Shown here piece by piece: positions 62,237-64,000 of a stretch of DNA of 64,000 nt. The stretch comes from Setoptus koraiensis (taxonomy: Eukaryota > Animalia > Arthropoda), in NCBI GenBank assembly GCA_048013815.1, contig CM106586.1:7130001-7194000 (forward strand), in the 5' to 3' direction. The translations under genes were made by a program, and so were the position numbers. Each line of letters starts with the position of its first letter. The stretch's first letter is position 1. The notes beneath the pieces were generated by a model. It saw nothing but the letters and a program-made list of their open reading frames with translations. It ran no database searches and was not told the DNA's origin.

Positions 62237-62932
62237 TTATCGCGTCATTGTTGTTGACGAGGAACTGTCCACGGTAGAGGTGCCGTTATTATTTGCGCAA
62301 CAAGATACACTCTGCGAGTGTTTGTATTCTTTACAACCGAAAGCAAGATTGCCTATTATCAAAATTTTGTTAGATAACTGGCAAGTCGAGTACTGATCCA
62401 TTGTTCCAGAGAATTTGTGCTTGCATAAATTTTCAAGACAATCTTTACCATTGACGACCACAAGAATTGGAATGCAAAATGAGATTTATTCATCAGTGTG
62501 CATCGGAACAAAGAGTTGATGGAGGTTCAACTTACCTTGAAATTCAAGATCGCAAACCAGCTTGTTTTTACCACAAATTCTGTAGCATTGATGCAATTGT
62601 TGACAACAACTTAGCATATCTAAACTAGGTAGGTCATTTTCTTGTATATCCAGGCCAAATATAGCACAACTTCCTGTCTTGTTTGGCCTATGATTAGCTT
62701 GCTGAGAAGAATTCCACAGGCACACTGCCTCACAGTGTTCATGCAAAGAATTTTGAATGACAACGTCGGCGAGATAACTTGCTTTCTCTAGTAGCCGATC
62801 GATGAAATTCGTCATCACCGCGGAGTAATGTCCCAAACTCTCTAAATATATCGGGTGAGCCTGCTGGGAAAAACTCATCAGTAAAACAAAACAAATACTG
62901 GCACCGACCAACGATCTCTTCGATGTGTCCAT
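62237..62932 (-). CDS. Group XII secretory phospholipase A2-like protein, catalytically degenerate, 200 aa, 2 exons
   Basis: Exons 62932-62536 and 62442-62237 (intron GTAAGT...AAAG, phase 1). Signal peptide, and a group XII Cys pattern CCQQLHQCYRICGKNKLVCDLEFQDCLENLC...C...FGCKEYKHSQSVSC. Confidence 0.85.
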
Positions 62933-63911
62933 CTTGTAATCAATGATTGAATAATGATGCTTGCAGATTTATTTTAAGAGATGTCCAAATCTTCTACGTT
63001 ACCAAACTGATTGGTGAATCGCTTATATTGCAACATGCATGATTAATTACTATTAAATTTATTGCTACGGCAACCGTGTTTTGGTGGGGATACATTCGAA
63101 TGTATTTCCGATAAAGTACGTCATTCAGATTCCAAGAAACTCGTGTTCTCTAGCACGCGATCCATAACGACCTGCAACAGTATATGCAAATATTTGTATT
63201 GCCAATAGTTATTCGCTAGATATGCCCTATATTTGAATATTTAAGTTCTGTCCCTAAGTTTTTTGAATGAGGATTGTCACGAAATTGCCAGAAGTTACAA
63301 CAATCCATATCCTCCAGACTGACTTTTCGATCACAGTGAGTGTTGCATCGTAAGTTTGCAACTTGAGGCAGCCTATTTCATAAAGATATCTATTAATTTA
63401 TGACCAAAATTCAATACATTCGAGTAGGCATTTTGCCTACCGGCAACATCATACAGATTATTTCAGGAAATTTCGATGCATCGTCTGACCCAGTGAGGCA
63501 CTATCTGCATCTTGCCTGAAGCTAATCTCTCACATTCTCAATCATGATATCCGGATTTTCGATCAATTTAACCAGATTACATATTGTTCACCTGCTAATA
63601 CTCATATGAACCGGAGCGAAAAGAGACAAAAATTAGAAAGTCTTCAGCGGACCATCAATCCCAGGTCACTTCAAGCTGTGGCGGTAAGATGATATTCATG
63701 GTTTGCTTGTTTGGAAAATCACCCATCTTAGATTTAAAAACTAAAATCATGTCAAAAAGTTTCTTGGTCTTTACATGGTTGGAGTTGCCGAGTATATATC
63801 CATGTTTCACAACAACACCCGGGCCGCCACGCTTGTTATAACATTGTGAACATAAGCCCGAAAATAGGCAATAACCAACATCAAACAACAGTAAATAAAA
63901 AATCAAAGACA

Positions 63912-64000
63912 ATGTCTCGACCACCCACATTCAACGACCGACCAGAGAGCCCTTGGTCCGTTGTACCGTCGATGACAGCGCCCGACAATCAATTTAACCA
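63912..64000 (+). CDS. Possible start of a gene running off the window end
   Basis: ATG in an A-rich context, open to the window end: MSRPPTFNDRPESPWSVVPSMTAPDNQFN. Too short to identify. Confidence 0.3.
   Translation, partial: MSRPPTFNDRPESPWSVVPSMTAPDNQFN

Noticed and set aside
63240-63930. Possible exons on either strand near the window end (91-aa - ORF; + strand ...EKRQKLESLQRTINPRSLQAVA|GTAAG)
   Set aside because: I could not assemble a consistent spliced gene or recognise a family.

Overview
Eukaryotic (arthropod) genomic DNA from a compact, intron-poor genome. Short introns (~85-195 nt), near-touching genes and a protostome-type miR-1 suggest an acariform mite, possibly an eriophyoid; this is inference, not an identification. 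Protein-coding genes in order: 3' part of AMFR/gp78, a complete Lar-type receptor tyrosine phosphatase (5 coding exons, ~2033 aa), two orphan secreted proteins, an OFA-like MFS transporter, an orphan with a TQT motif, PELP1-like, PUS1, a ~2277-aa Ser-rich coiled-coil protein, a mitochondrial-type DnaJ, a possible unannotated small secreted protein, a 1831-aa mucin with a chitin-binding domain, an intronless LAT/SLC7 transporter and a catalytically degenerate group XII sPLA2. The main result is invisible to the ORF track: a rearranged muscle-microRNA locus. Three tandem mir-1 hairpins with identical mature arms lie on the + strand (25.7-26.0 kb). A divergently oriented mir-133 with an unusually long (~104 nt) precursor and compensated substitutions lies on the - strand (19.2 kb). 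A ~300-bp foldback element sits between them. Gene models were assembled by eye from GT-AG sites and frame continuity; family calls rest on recalled motifs, and no database searches were run.
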